From: Candidatus Parcubacteria bacterium | GTDB lineage: Bacteria > Patescibacteriota > Patescibacteriia > Patescibacteriales > UBA12465 | DNA length: 64,000 nt | NCBI GenBank assembly: GCA_037076615.1 | Contig: AP029158.1 | Location: 397,337 to 461,336 of the forward strand | Direction: 5' to 3' | In this document: in pieces, positions 8,473-16,221 of the stretch | Layout of the letters: every line of letters starts with the position of its first letter | How positions within the stretch are numbered: the first letter of the stretch is position 1 | Notes under the pieces: generated by a model | Told to the model about the DNA's origin: nothing | Databases searched by the model: none | Seen by the model: the letters and a program-made list of their open reading frames with translations, nothing else | Position numbers and translations under genes: made by a program

Positions 8473-8508
8473 AAAAGAGCCTTCCGGACGGAAAGCTCTT
8501 TTTTTTAT
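8473..8508. terminator. Bidirectional intrinsic terminator (AAGAGCCTTCC-ggac-GGAAAGCTCTT followed by T8)
   Basis: 11-bp stem with one mismatch, then TTTTTTTT. An A-run on the other side serves the convergent lipoprotein gene. Confidence 0.7.
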
Positions 8509-8518
8509 TGGCAATAAT

Positions 8519-8995
8519 TTAATGAGTAAAAACTAAAGTCTCAGCAATATCGGCAATGGCCGCTTCCAAATCCGCTTTATCTTCCCCCTCATACCAAGCC
8601 ATCAAGGCGTAATGATTGTCCTCATTAGAGAAACCATACTCAATTTGGGTATAACCATCTTTAAAGGTTTTCTGCGCTTCCGCTTCAGCAGGATTTTCCA
8701 AAGGCCAAATACTTAAAGTAAAGTCGCCACAATCAATCATTCCTTTATTAAAATAACAAGTGCTCGGGTAAGAGATTTTAATCCCTAAGTCAGGGTATTC
8801 ATAAGAAAAGAGGGCATCAGCTTCAGTTACTTCCGTGCTGGTGGCGGGTTCTAATTCAAACGGCGGTTCCAGTTCTTGACTTTTATTTTGATCGGGACTC
8901 GCCGCGATTGGCTCAGGATTATTGGAATAGCCCCACGAACAAGCAGCCAAAAGAAAAACTAAAGGGAGGAGGAGAAGAAAAAGACGATGTTTCAT
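8519..8995 (-). CDS. Putative lipoprotein, function unknown
   Basis: The internal start MKHRLFLLLLPLVFLLAACSWGY gives a lipoprotein signal peptide with an LAAC lipobox. The longer track ORF would overlap the upstream malic enzyme gene. Confidence 0.55.
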   Translation of the reverse strand: MKHRLFLLLLPLVFLLAACSWGYSNNPEPIAASPDQNKSQELEPPFELEPATSTEVTEADALFSYEYPDLGIKISYPSTCYFNKGMIDCGDFTLSIWPLENPAEAEAQKTFKDGYTQIEYGFSNEDNHYALMAWYEGEDKADLEAAIADIAETLVFTH

Positions 8996-9038
8996 AGATA
9001 AAAAATTAATTAGCTTCACTATTATAGCACAGACTGCG

Positions 9039-10175
9039 CTAATTTTTAAGAGCGGCCGCCACGGCTTTTGCCACCGCCGGATCAAAGGCATCCGGAAGTA
9101 AGTAATCAACTGTCGGCTCCTCAACTAAAGCCGCTAGATTTTCCGCCGCTTTAATTAACATCGCATCGGTAATTTGGGAAACATTATTATCTAAAGCGCC
9201 CCGAAAGATGCCTGGAAAAACTAAAACATTATTAATTTGATTAGGAAAATCACTGCGTCCAGTCGCTACCGCTAAAGCTCCACCGGCTTTCGCCTCGTCC
9301 GGCATAATTTCTGGCACCGGGTTAGATAAAGCAAAAATTAAAGGCTCGGGCGCCATGGTCGCCACCACTTCCCTAGCAATTAAATTAGGAGCGGAAACAC
9401 CAATAAAGACATCGGCGCCGACTAAAGATTCTTTCAAGGTACCCTTGAAGTTTTCTTGATTGCTGCGCTGAGCCAGTGCTCGCTTCACTTCATTTAAATC
9501 TTGACGATCTAAGCTAAGCGCACCTTTAGAATCGTTGATAATTAATTGAGAAAAACCATATTTCAAAAGTAGGTCGGCGACCGCCAAGCCAGCGGCGCCA
9601 GCACCGGCAATCACTACTTTGACTTTCTCGGGGGCTAAGTTTTTTAATTTTAAGCCATTAATTAAGCCAGCTAAGATAACCACGGCCGTGCCGTGCTGAT
9701 CATCATGAAAAACCGGAATATCCAATTCTTCCTTGAGACGATCTTCAATTTCAAAACAGCGGGGCGCACTAATATCCTCTAAATTAATTCCCCCAAAACT
9801 GGGTGCGATTGCTTTAACAATCTTGATAATTTCTTCAGTATCTTGAGTATCTAAGCAAATGGGAAAGGCATCAACGTTGGCAAACTCTTTAAAAAGAGCG
9901 GCCTTCCCTTCCATCACCGGCAAAGCGGCTTTCGCCCCTAAATTTCCTAAACCCAAAATCGCGCTGCCATCGGAAACCACCGCCACCGTATTACCTTTTA
10001 AAGTGTGGGTCTTGGCAGCATCCGGGTTAGCGGCAATTAAGCGACAAACTTCGGCCACTCCAGGCGTGTAGGCGCGAGCGAGATCGGCCTTATCTTTAAG
10101 TGGAACTTTGGTGGCCACCGCCAACTTACCCTGGTGCTGACGATGCAGTTCTAAAGATTCTTGATATATATCCAT
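9039..10175 (-). CDS. NAD(P)-dependent malic enzyme (oxaloacetate-decarboxylating malate dehydrogenase), short bacterial form
   Basis: 378 aa with the malic-enzyme N-terminal domain and a Rossmann motif (VIAGAGAAGLAVADLL). Confidence 0.85.
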   Translation of the reverse strand: MDIYQESLELHRQHQGKLAVATKVPLKDKADLARAYTPGVAEVCRLIAANPDAAKTHTLKGNTVAVVSDGSAILGLGNLGAKAALPVMEGKAALFKEFANVDAFPICLDTQDTEEIIKIVKAIAPSFGGINLEDISAPRCFEIEDRLKEELDIPVFHDDQHGTAVVILAGLINGLKLKNLAPEKVKVVIAGAGAAGLAVADLLLKYGFSQLIINDSKGALSLDRQDLNEVKRALAQRSNQENFKGTLKESLVGADVFIGVSAPNLIAREVVATMAPEPLIFALSNPVPEIMPDEAKAGGALAVATGRSDFPNQINNVLVFPGIFRGALDNNVSQITDAMLIKAAENLAALVEEPTVDYLLPDAFDPAVAKAVAAALKN

Positions 10176-10247
10176 ATTGTTAACATTAAAAAACTACCGG
10201 TAAAAGGAAACCGGCTTGGCGCGGGAGTAATAAAAAAACGCCCATCC

Positions 10248-10379
10248 TTATTTAATATTCTTCTTTAACTTCTTTTCCGCCTTTGCTGCCAACATTTCTG
10301 CTTTGACGGCAAGGCGTTTAGCGGTTTTGTGAGAACTGGTCTTTACTCTCTTGCCCACGCCGGTTGTTCTTTTAGCCAT
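10248..10379 (-). CDS. Unlisted small basic protein, 43 aa (MAKRTTGVGKRVKTSSHKTAKRLAVKAEMLAAKAEKKLKKNIK). Possibly a ribosome-associated or nucleoid-associated peptide
   Basis: ATG...TAA ORF found by hand in the 10176-10519 gap. It is strongly Lys/Arg-rich. A weak hairpin plus T-run follows it, and an AT-rich repeat precedes it. Confidence 0.35.
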   Translation of the reverse strand: MAKRTTGVGKRVKTSSHKTAKRLAVKAEMLAAKAEKKLKKNIK

Positions 10380-10385
10380 ATAGCC

Positions 10386-10418
10386 AAATAAATAATAAAT
10401 AAATAATAAATAAATAAT
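10386..10418. repeat. Perfect tandem repeat (AAATAAATAAT) x3
   Basis: Read directly. 33 nt lying upstream of the small basic ORF on the minus strand. Confidence 0.7.
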
Positions 10419-10512
10419 TAACTTTCTGTATCTTAACTTTTCATCAAGTTTTTAGCAAGAGGCGCCCGGATTTTAAAGTTTTTTCTTACTAGCCCGAAAA
10501 TCTTAAAAAAGC

Positions 10513-10518
10513 TATAAT
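10513..10518 (+). promoter_or_regulatory. TATAAT -10 element 7 nt upstream of the likely ATG (10526) of the glycosidase gene, implying a leaderless or near-leaderless mRNA
   Basis: gcTATAATagtgtttATG, with no Shine-Dalgarno sequence. The -35 is weak. Confidence 0.3.
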
Positions 10519-10519
10519 A

Positions 10520-11749
10520 GTGTTTATGAAAAAACTATTTATTTTAATTATCTTCGCCCTCTTCTTAATCCCGCTGACTGGCCAGGCCACCCCCTTAAGC
10601 ACCAAATTATCCGGTCGCATCCTTTTACAGGTAGAAAATAAGGGTGAGGCCTGGTATTTAAACCCCGACAATCAGCGTCGCTATTATTTAGGTCGTCCCG
10701 ATGATGCCTTTACGGTCATGCGCGAATTAGGCTTAGGGATCTCTGAAGAAACTTTTGCTGCCCTGCCCCAAGACGGGCAAAGCGGTGGCAACGTGGACTT
10801 AGCGAAAAAGCTCGCCGGCCGAATCATACTGCAAGTAGAAAAAAACGGTGAGGCTTGGTATTTAAATCCTCTAGACTTGAAAGCTTATTACTTAGGCCGC
10901 CCCGCCGATGCCTTTAGAATTATGCGCGAGCACGGTCTAGGAATTACCAATGAAAATTTGAAAGAAACTTTAGTTGCTCTCGATGGCGACCTGCCTGATA
11001 GTTATTTAGGCAAAGATATTGTTTTGGTAAAAACGGAGCGCGGCAATTTTTTAACGACACTGGCGAGAATCAGTTTGCGCCAACCAGGCTTACAAGTTTT
11101 GACGCTGGCGGCCGAGCCCCGCCCCTGTCCAAATGGCGTTTGTGCGGTTAAGCCCTTGAAAAAATATTTAGACGACAACCAGGGCTTTGCCGCTATTAAT
11201 GGCTCCTATTTCTGTAGTAATGCCGATTGCGGCAACCTTAATTATTACTTCTCCCCTCTTTATGAAAGTCGTTGGGAGGTAATGATTAACCGCGACAAAA
11301 TGGCCTTACCGACCACCGGCCCTTTAGCAGTCATTGATGACGCCAATCATTGGCACTACTTTAAGGATGTACGCGACTTTGTCAGCCCAGAAAATTTTCA
11401 AGCCATTACCGGCCGCCAGGTGAGTGCCGCCCTGAGCAATCAACCGCGAATCTTAGAAGACGGGTTGAATGTTTTGGAAGTCAATAAATTAACCGCCTCA
11501 CAGAAAACTTTAGGCACCCGCCAAGCCCTAGCCTACAAAGATAATCCCCGTTACCGCGGCCAAGGCGACCTATATTTGGTTTCTATTAGTAATGGCTCTT
11601 TAGAAGACTTGGCGCTGGTTTTAGAAAAACTTAATTTTGCGACCGCTTTAAACTTGGATGGCGGCGGCAGTGCCGGATTAATTTATGAAGATAACTTTTT
11701 GGTTGGACCCGGCCGCGATGTTCCGAATGCGATTGTGTTTAAGAAATAG
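10520..11749 (+). CDS. Secreted phosphodiester glycosidase (NAGPA-domain) family protein with two N-terminal ~50-aa repeat modules
   Basis: Signal peptide MKKLFILIIFALFLIPLTGQA (probable ATG at 10526; the track starts at a GTG at 10520). Two repeats follow, of the form GRILLQVEnKGEAWYLNP....YYLGRP.DAF..MRE.GLGI. The C-terminal domain ends with the NLDGGGS motif characteristic of the phosphodiester glycosidase family. Confidence 0.6.
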   Translation: MFMKKLFILIIFALFLIPLTGQATPLSTKLSGRILLQVENKGEAWYLNPDNQRRYYLGRPDDAFTVMRELGLGISEETFAALPQDGQSGGNVDLAKKLAGRIILQVEKNGEAWYLNPLDLKAYYLGRPADAFRIMREHGLGITNENLKETLVALDGDLPDSYLGKDIVLVKTERGNFLTTLARISLRQPGLQVLTLAAEPRPCPNGVCAVKPLKKYLDDNQGFAAINGSYFCSNADCGNLNYYFSPLYESRWEVMINRDKMALPTTGPLAVIDDANHWHYFKDVRDFVSPENFQAITGRQVSAALSNQPRILEDGLNVLEVNKLTASQKTLGTRQALAYKDNPRYRGQGDLYLVSISNGSLEDLALVLEKLNFATALNLDGGGSAGLIYEDNFLVGPGRDVPNAIVFKK

Positions 11750-11783
11750 AGTTGATTAATAATCAAGAATTAATAAATAGAAG

Positions 11784-11816
11784 CTACTCCTAATTTCCTC
11801 GGGAGTAGTTTTTATT
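11784..11816 (+). terminator. Intrinsic terminator after the glycosidase gene
   Basis: CTACTCC-N11-GGAGTAG hairpin followed by TTTTTATT. Confidence 0.55.
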
Positions 11817-11824
11817 ATCATCCC

Positions 11825-11853
11825 TAGCAACAAAGGCTATTTTCTGCTATACT
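11825..11853 (+). promoter_or_regulatory. Extended -10 promoter (TAGCAA-N17-TGcTATACT) for the dehydrogenase gene
   Basis: Read directly. Confidence 0.35.
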
Positions 11854-11881
11854 AAAGCACTTATAAATTTACTTTAAAAAT

Positions 11882-13063
11882 ATGGATATAAAAAAATCTT
11901 ACTTTTGGGCGCTCGCCGCGACGGCCGCGCTCACCACTATTTTAGCACTCTATTTAAGTAACCGTGCTTTAGATCCGGTGCCACCACCTTCTACTGACAT
12001 TCTTGTCGGCGAAGAAGTGGATGTGGAAAACGAAAGCGAAGCTACTCCTAAGAATGAAATCCCACCTGAAGAAAAAATAAATTTTATCTTAAGCGACTTG
12101 AGTATTCCTTGGGAAATCGTTTTCTTACCCGATGAAGCCATCTTAGTTAGCGAACGAACCGGAGACTTAATAAAATATCAAGATGGCCGCTCCGAAAAAA
12201 TAAGCATTGCTAATGTCGCCGCCGTCGGTGAAGGCGGTCTCTTGGGTATGGTGCTCCACCCCGATTTTAATAATAATAATTACATCTACCTCTATTTTAC
12301 GGTTTCGGAAAATAACAAGCTGTCTAATAAAATTGTTCGTTATTATCTCAGTCTTGCCCCCTTCGCTTTGACCGACCCTCAAGAAATTATCAAGGACGTT
12401 CCGGGCTCCAACAATCACAATGGCGGTCGAATTGCTTTCGGTCCGGATGAAAAACTTTATGTTACAACCGGCGATGCTGGTAACGCCAACGCCGCCCAAA
12501 ATCGCGATTCTTTAGCGGGAAAAATTCTGCGCTTAAATGATAACGGCTCTATTCCGGCCGACAATCCTTTCGGGAGCGCCGTTTGGTCTTATGGCCACCG
12601 TAACGCTCAAGGACTCACCTGGGACGACGCTGGACGCCTCTGGGCGACCGAACACGGCCGCTCAGGTGCTTTATCCGGTCTTGATGAGCTTAACTTAATT
12701 GAGCCGGGTAAAAACTATGGCTGGCCCCTAATTCAGGGCGATGACCAGCAAACAGAAATGATTGCTCCCCGCTTACATTCAGGAGCCAAGACCACTTGGG
12801 CGCCGGCCAGTTTAGCTTATTACGATAACTACCTATATTTTGCTGGTTTGCGCGGTGAGGCTCTTTACGCCGTGCCTGTTAATGAAAACGGCGACCTAGG
12901 AGATCTTGAAACTTTCTTTATGGGAGATTATGGTCGCTTAAGAATTGTTAAAGTTGGTCCTGATAATTCATTTTACTTAGGCACCTCCAATCAAGATGGT
13001 CGCGGTCGTGTCCGGGCCGGCGATGATAAGATTATTAAAATGGCACCAAACGCTTGGAAATAA
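11882..13063 (+). CDS. PQQ-dependent soluble sugar (glucose/sorbosone) dehydrogenase family beta-propeller protein, membrane-anchored or secreted
   Basis: 393 aa with an N-terminal hydrophobic anchor. Motifs typical of the YliI/sGDH family are present: GGLLGMVLHPDF, NHNGGRIAFGPD, VWSYGHRNAQGLTWD. Confidence 0.7.
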   Translation: MDIKKSYFWALAATAALTTILALYLSNRALDPVPPPSTDILVGEEVDVENESEATPKNEIPPEEKINFILSDLSIPWEIVFLPDEAILVSERTGDLIKYQDGRSEKISIANVAAVGEGGLLGMVLHPDFNNNNYIYLYFTVSENNKLSNKIVRYYLSLAPFALTDPQEIIKDVPGSNNHNGGRIAFGPDEKLYVTTGDAGNANAAQNRDSLAGKILRLNDNGSIPADNPFGSAVWSYGHRNAQGLTWDDAGRLWATEHGRSGALSGLDELNLIEPGKNYGWPLIQGDDQQTEMIAPRLHSGAKTTWAPASLAYYDNYLYFAGLRGEALYAVPVNENGDLGDLETFFMGDYGRLRIVKVGPDNSFYLGTSNQDGRGRVRAGDDKIIKMAPNAWK

Positions 13064-13072
13064 ATCGACTTC

Positions 13073-13102
13073 AAAAAAAGCTCCCAACTGGGAGCTTTTT
13101 TT
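13073..13102. terminator. Intrinsic terminator (AGCTCCC-aact-GGGAGCT followed by T7)
   Basis: 7-bp stem flanked by an A-run and a T-run. Confidence 0.65.
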
Positions 13103-13183
13103 GAATCTTTATTAATTTTTTTTTAGATATTTCTAATTTTAAATAATATATTTAATATTATTTTTCATTTTAAATAAGACTCC

Positions 13184-14230
13184 CTATTTATAAGTTTTGG
13201 TAATAGTTCTGTAGGTCAAACGAGAGACATCGGCAATAAAATCAGCCATTTTTTCAAAATCATCACCCCGAGTCATTACGCAAAGCAAATATGGATGCTC
13301 AGGAAAATAAATAATTCCACATTCGTGCATTTGCTTATTGGCCGTTTCCAAATTATCATTTTTTCTTTCCCCAAATTTATGAGCAACTTTTGTTCCCAGG
13401 GGGACGCCAGCCACTAAACCATCAAAAAAATTAGTTCGGGAAAGTAGATTTAAAGATTTTTCTGAATAATATTCATTTAAATAAGCAGCGTTATAGAGAA
13501 TACGGAAAAAAGAAGCGTACTCCTTAACGGACATAAAATCTTCCGGGCTACTAATACTAGGAACAATAATGCCCAAATCCTGATAAACCTGATCAATTTT
13601 TTCTGGCTCAATATTACTGGCCAGATTAAGCATGGCAATGTTATCGGAGTTAATAATCATAAAATCAATTAACTGGTCAACGGTATATTCCTGGCCAATC
13701 ACTAACTCTTCGCCAGTCACGATATTTTGGGGTAAGTTTTGGTCGCTGGGCCGCAGAATAATTTTTTCCTGCAAAATAGCAGGATTACTTTCAGCTTGTT
13801 TATAATAAGCAATCATTAATGGAACCTTCATTAAACTCGCGGGGGTAAAATTATTGGAAAAATTAATCCCGAACCAGGGGCCATTGTTAAGATCGCGAAA
13901 ATAAACCGCAATTTCTTTATTTTTATATTTACTATCATTAAGGTCAGTGATGGATTGTTTTAATTTTTTTTCAAAAGGAATGTAAACACTATTTAGATAA
14001 GTATTTTGAACATCACATTCCAACAAAGGATTGATAAATTTATACTGCCCCTGTTCACGTACTGGCGCGGGGTTATTTTTCTTAACCTGCCTATAAACAG
14101 AAGAAGAGCCAATTAAAAAACCAATTCCAATTCCGCTGGCGATTAAAATTAAAACCAGTAAAACTTTTGACCACCAGGAGACACGAAAACTCGCTAACCG
14201 TCGCTGCCATTCATCGTTTTTCATAGACAA
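13184..14230 (-). CDS. Membrane-anchored beta-lactamase-fold serine hydrolase (class A beta-lactamase / penicillin-binding-protein-like)
   Basis: 348 aa with an N-terminal TM helix, an SxxK motif (SLMK) and an SDN motif (INSDNIA). The KTG box is atypical (HKFG). Coding GC is lower than the surrounding genes. Confidence 0.5.
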   Translation of the reverse strand: MSMKNDEWQRRLASFRVSWWSKVLLVLILIASGIGIGFLIGSSSVYRQVKKNNPAPVREQGQYKFINPLLECDVQNTYLNSVYIPFEKKLKQSITDLNDSKYKNKEIAVYFRDLNNGPWFGINFSNNFTPASLMKVPLMIAYYKQAESNPAILQEKIILRPSDQNLPQNIVTGEELVIGQEYTVDQLIDFMIINSDNIAMLNLASNIEPEKIDQVYQDLGIIVPSISSPEDFMSVKEYASFFRILYNAAYLNEYYSEKSLNLLSRTNFFDGLVAGVPLGTKVAHKFGERKNDNLETANKQMHECGIIYFPEHPYLLCVMTRGDDFEKMADFIADVSRLTYRTITKTYK

Positions 14231-14596
14231 GAAAATATTAGAAAGTGTTTTTTAAAATAAATTGCCTACAGCTCTAGAGAATGTTTTAAATAAAGTTAAC
14301 TGTAATACTTTTAAGGATTTACTTAGGGGCTTAATTTAATTAACTTCTACCTCGTCCACTAGCTCCTTTTTCTTCCCAAAAACAAAAATATATAAAATTT
14401 CTAAAATAGCCAGAGTGTTTAAAATCAAAATAACCACAAACCAGCCCTTATTACTATTTTTAGCGGCTTTCCAGAGAGCGCCCCCCCTTTCCAGGGCAAG
14501 GTCCAAAGAGCGAGAGTTAGAAGGCCGGCGGGCGTTTGTAAAAAAGCAATAATTTGTTCCTTATTTTTTATAAATTAATAAAAAACTTACGGGCTT

Positions 14597-14626
14597 ATTA
14601 TACAACTTTTTTAGATAAATTTGCAC
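14597..14626 (-). promoter_or_regulatory. Promoter with a perfect TATAAT -10 (GTGCAA-N18-TATAAT) overlapping the stop codon of the nucleotidyltransferase gene and directed toward the beta-lactamase-like gene
   Basis: Read on the minus strand. The -35 is weak. Confidence 0.3.
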
Positions 14627-15020
14627 TTTTTCTTTGATATTCAGCCAAGAGTTCAAGATCTCGAAAATCCTTTTCCCGGCCCAAAGCTTTTTTAAACTTA
14701 ACCGTTTCGACAATATTTAAAAATGGATAACCGTTAATAATATCAGCGGTTTTTATCGCCTCTTGAACAGACGTAGGATAAGCAGCCCACTCCAATTTAC
14801 TTATTATTTCCACCTTGTCGATCTCAGAAACTAATTTTCCATTAACCTCCACCTCTTGATATCTCTTAGAATTAAGCAGCTGTTTAAATAGTTTTGGCGT
14901 AACCGCAACATCTAAATCGTTAGCCTCTCTTATGCCCCGAGCCGCTAAAGGGCCGCTACCGACTAAAACATACTCTCCTAAAGGAAAATTTAATTCGGCT
15001 AATTTCTTGAATATATCCAT
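14598..15020 (-). CDS. Minimal nucleotidyltransferase (Pol-beta superfamily, MNT-like) domain protein
   Basis: 140 aa. VGSGPLAARGIREANDLDVAV fits the hG[GS]-x9-13-Dh[DE]h nucleotidyltransferase signature. Confidence 0.55.
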   Translation of the reverse strand: MDIFKKLAELNFPLGEYVLVGSGPLAARGIREANDLDVAVTPKLFKQLLNSKRYQEVEVNGKLVSEIDKVEIISKLEWAAYPTSVQEAIKTADIINGYPFLNIVETVKFKKALGREKDFRDLELLAEYQRKSANLSKKVV

Positions 15021-15091
15021 AGAAAAAATATAGTCTTTATTATAGCTCTTAAAAGATTTTAAGAAAATATCAAAAAGAAATTTTTGGCTTA

Positions 15092-15129
15092 ATAAAAAAA
15101 AAGCCTCGAAACTGTTTTAGTTTCGAGGC
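15092..15129 (-). terminator. Intrinsic terminator after the 130-aa gene (11-bp stem GCCTCGAAACT/AGTTTCGAGGC, T-run on the minus strand)
   Basis: Perfect inverted repeat preceded on the plus strand by A9. Confidence 0.65.
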
Positions 15130-15141
15130 TGGTGGGGTTTT

Positions 15142-15534
15142 CTAATTCCACTCTACACTTTTTAGGTCTTTAATATAAAAAAATATTACATAAGGCGCAA
15201 TTGAAGTAACCATAAATCGTTTTACTAGCACTCCCCGATCATAATCGACTACTTTTTCCCAATCTTTTTTATTCCAAAAACGAATCGAGGCGACGATTCC
15301 TTCGTCACCTAGGAACAGGGCAATGCCTTTTTCGTCGCTTACGACCAATTCTTTTTTTTCTTGGATAATTTTCTTTTTTCCAAAAAAACCTAAACCCCCT
15401 GCTTCTTTGACTGCTTTTGGAGTGGATAAATAATTTATCGTTATTGAGCTTATCTTCTTTTTCGAAATTTGTTCTAAAGAAAGTTCTTCTCCATTACACA
15501 AAAAAGTTGGTGTTTTTTTTAAAGTTTCCATCAC
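15142..15534 (-). CDS. Hypothetical protein, 130 aa, predicted soluble beta-rich
   Basis: ORF with its own promoter and terminator. I see no recognisable motif. Confidence 0.4.
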   Translation of the reverse strand: MMETLKKTPTFLCNGEELSLEQISKKKISSITINYLSTPKAVKEAGGLGFFGKKKIIQEKKELVVSDEKGIALFLGDEGIVASIRFWNKKDWEKVVDYDRGVLVKRFMVTSIAPYVIFFYIKDLKSVEWN

Positions 15535-15579
15535 TTAATGTTTTTATTAATTTTTTAAATAACTACACATCTAACAATT

Positions 15580-15608
15580 GTTATACAACCATAATCTTCT
15601 TTTGTCAA
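15580..15608 (-). promoter_or_regulatory. Sigma-70-type promoter TTGACA-N17-TATAAC for the 130-aa gene
   Basis: Read on the minus strand: -35 at 15608-15603 and -10 at 15585-15580. Confidence 0.45.
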
Positions 15609-15652
15609 AAAATAATAATTAAATTAACACGCTTAGCCGGGAAAATAAAAAC

Positions 15653-15690
15653 TTAAGCCAGGCTTTACAAGCCTGGCTTAACCTTTTATT
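15653..15690 (-). terminator. Intrinsic terminator after the DUF378 gene (11-bp stem AAGCCAGGCTT-taca-AAGCCTGGCTT)
   Basis: Perfect inverted repeat with T-rich flanks on both strands. Confidence 0.65.
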
Positions 15691-15713
15691 TGTTTAGTTT
15701 TAAAACTTTTAGT

Positions 15714-15908
15714 CTACTTGGCGAACTTCGGTAATTGAGCAGCCATCACGATCGCGCTAACACCGACTAAACTATAGACGACGCGGCTTAAAGCCGACAT
15801 GTCTCCGAAAATTGCAGCCACTAGGTCAAAGTTGAATAAACCAACTAGTCCCCAGTTTAAGCCGCCGACAATAACCAACACCAAGGCAATCAAATTTAGC
15901 GTTTTCAT
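15714..15908 (-). CDS. DUF378-family small membrane protein
   Basis: 64 aa with two TM helices and the GLNWGLVGLF motif typical of DUF378 peptides. Confidence 0.65.
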   Translation of the reverse strand: MKTLNLIALVLVIVGGLNWGLVGLFNFDLVAAIFGDMSALSRVVYSLVGVSAIVMAAQLPKFAK

Positions 15909-16090
15909 ATTATTGGCTAAATTTAAACTTGGTAAATTTTGCCCGAACTTAAATTTAGTTAATTAATAATTACGTTTACATTTTACCAAGATTTGACTTA
16001 ATTAACAATAAGTGATGCCTTTAGCCTGCTGCCTACTAATTTAAGATGTATTTATAATAAAAAGAACAAGCTAATAGCTTGTTTTTTATG

Positions 16091-16162
16091 CTCCCGGGGT
16101 GGGATTCGAACCCACGACCAATTGATTAACAGTCAACTGCGCTACCGCTGCGCTACCCGGGA
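16091..16162 (-). tRNA. tRNA-Asn (anticodon GTT), 72 nt, CCA not encoded
   Basis: Cloverleaf folded by hand from the reverse complement: acceptor TCCCGGG/CCCGGGA, D-arm GCGC-AGCGGTA-GCGC, anticodon arm GTTGA-CTGTTAA-TCAAT, T-arm GTGGG-TTCGAAT-CCCAC, discriminator G. Confidence 0.85.
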
Positions 16163-16221
16163 ATATTTTATTTTGAACTAACCGCAAAAAAAGAAAAATG
16201 TTTAAAACATTTTGTGTTCCT

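Noticed and set aside
11950-12499. Minus-strand ORFs 11950-12141 and 12167-12499 inside the PQQ-dehydrogenase gene
   Set aside because: They are antisense to a well-supported plus-strand gene with conserved family motifs.
13100-16162. Integrated mobile element at tRNA-Asn
   Set aside because: No integrase, recombinase or transposase ORF is present, and I found no direct repeat of the tRNA 3' end. Only the compositional shift and the tRNA adjacency remain, and those are reported as a finding with caveats.
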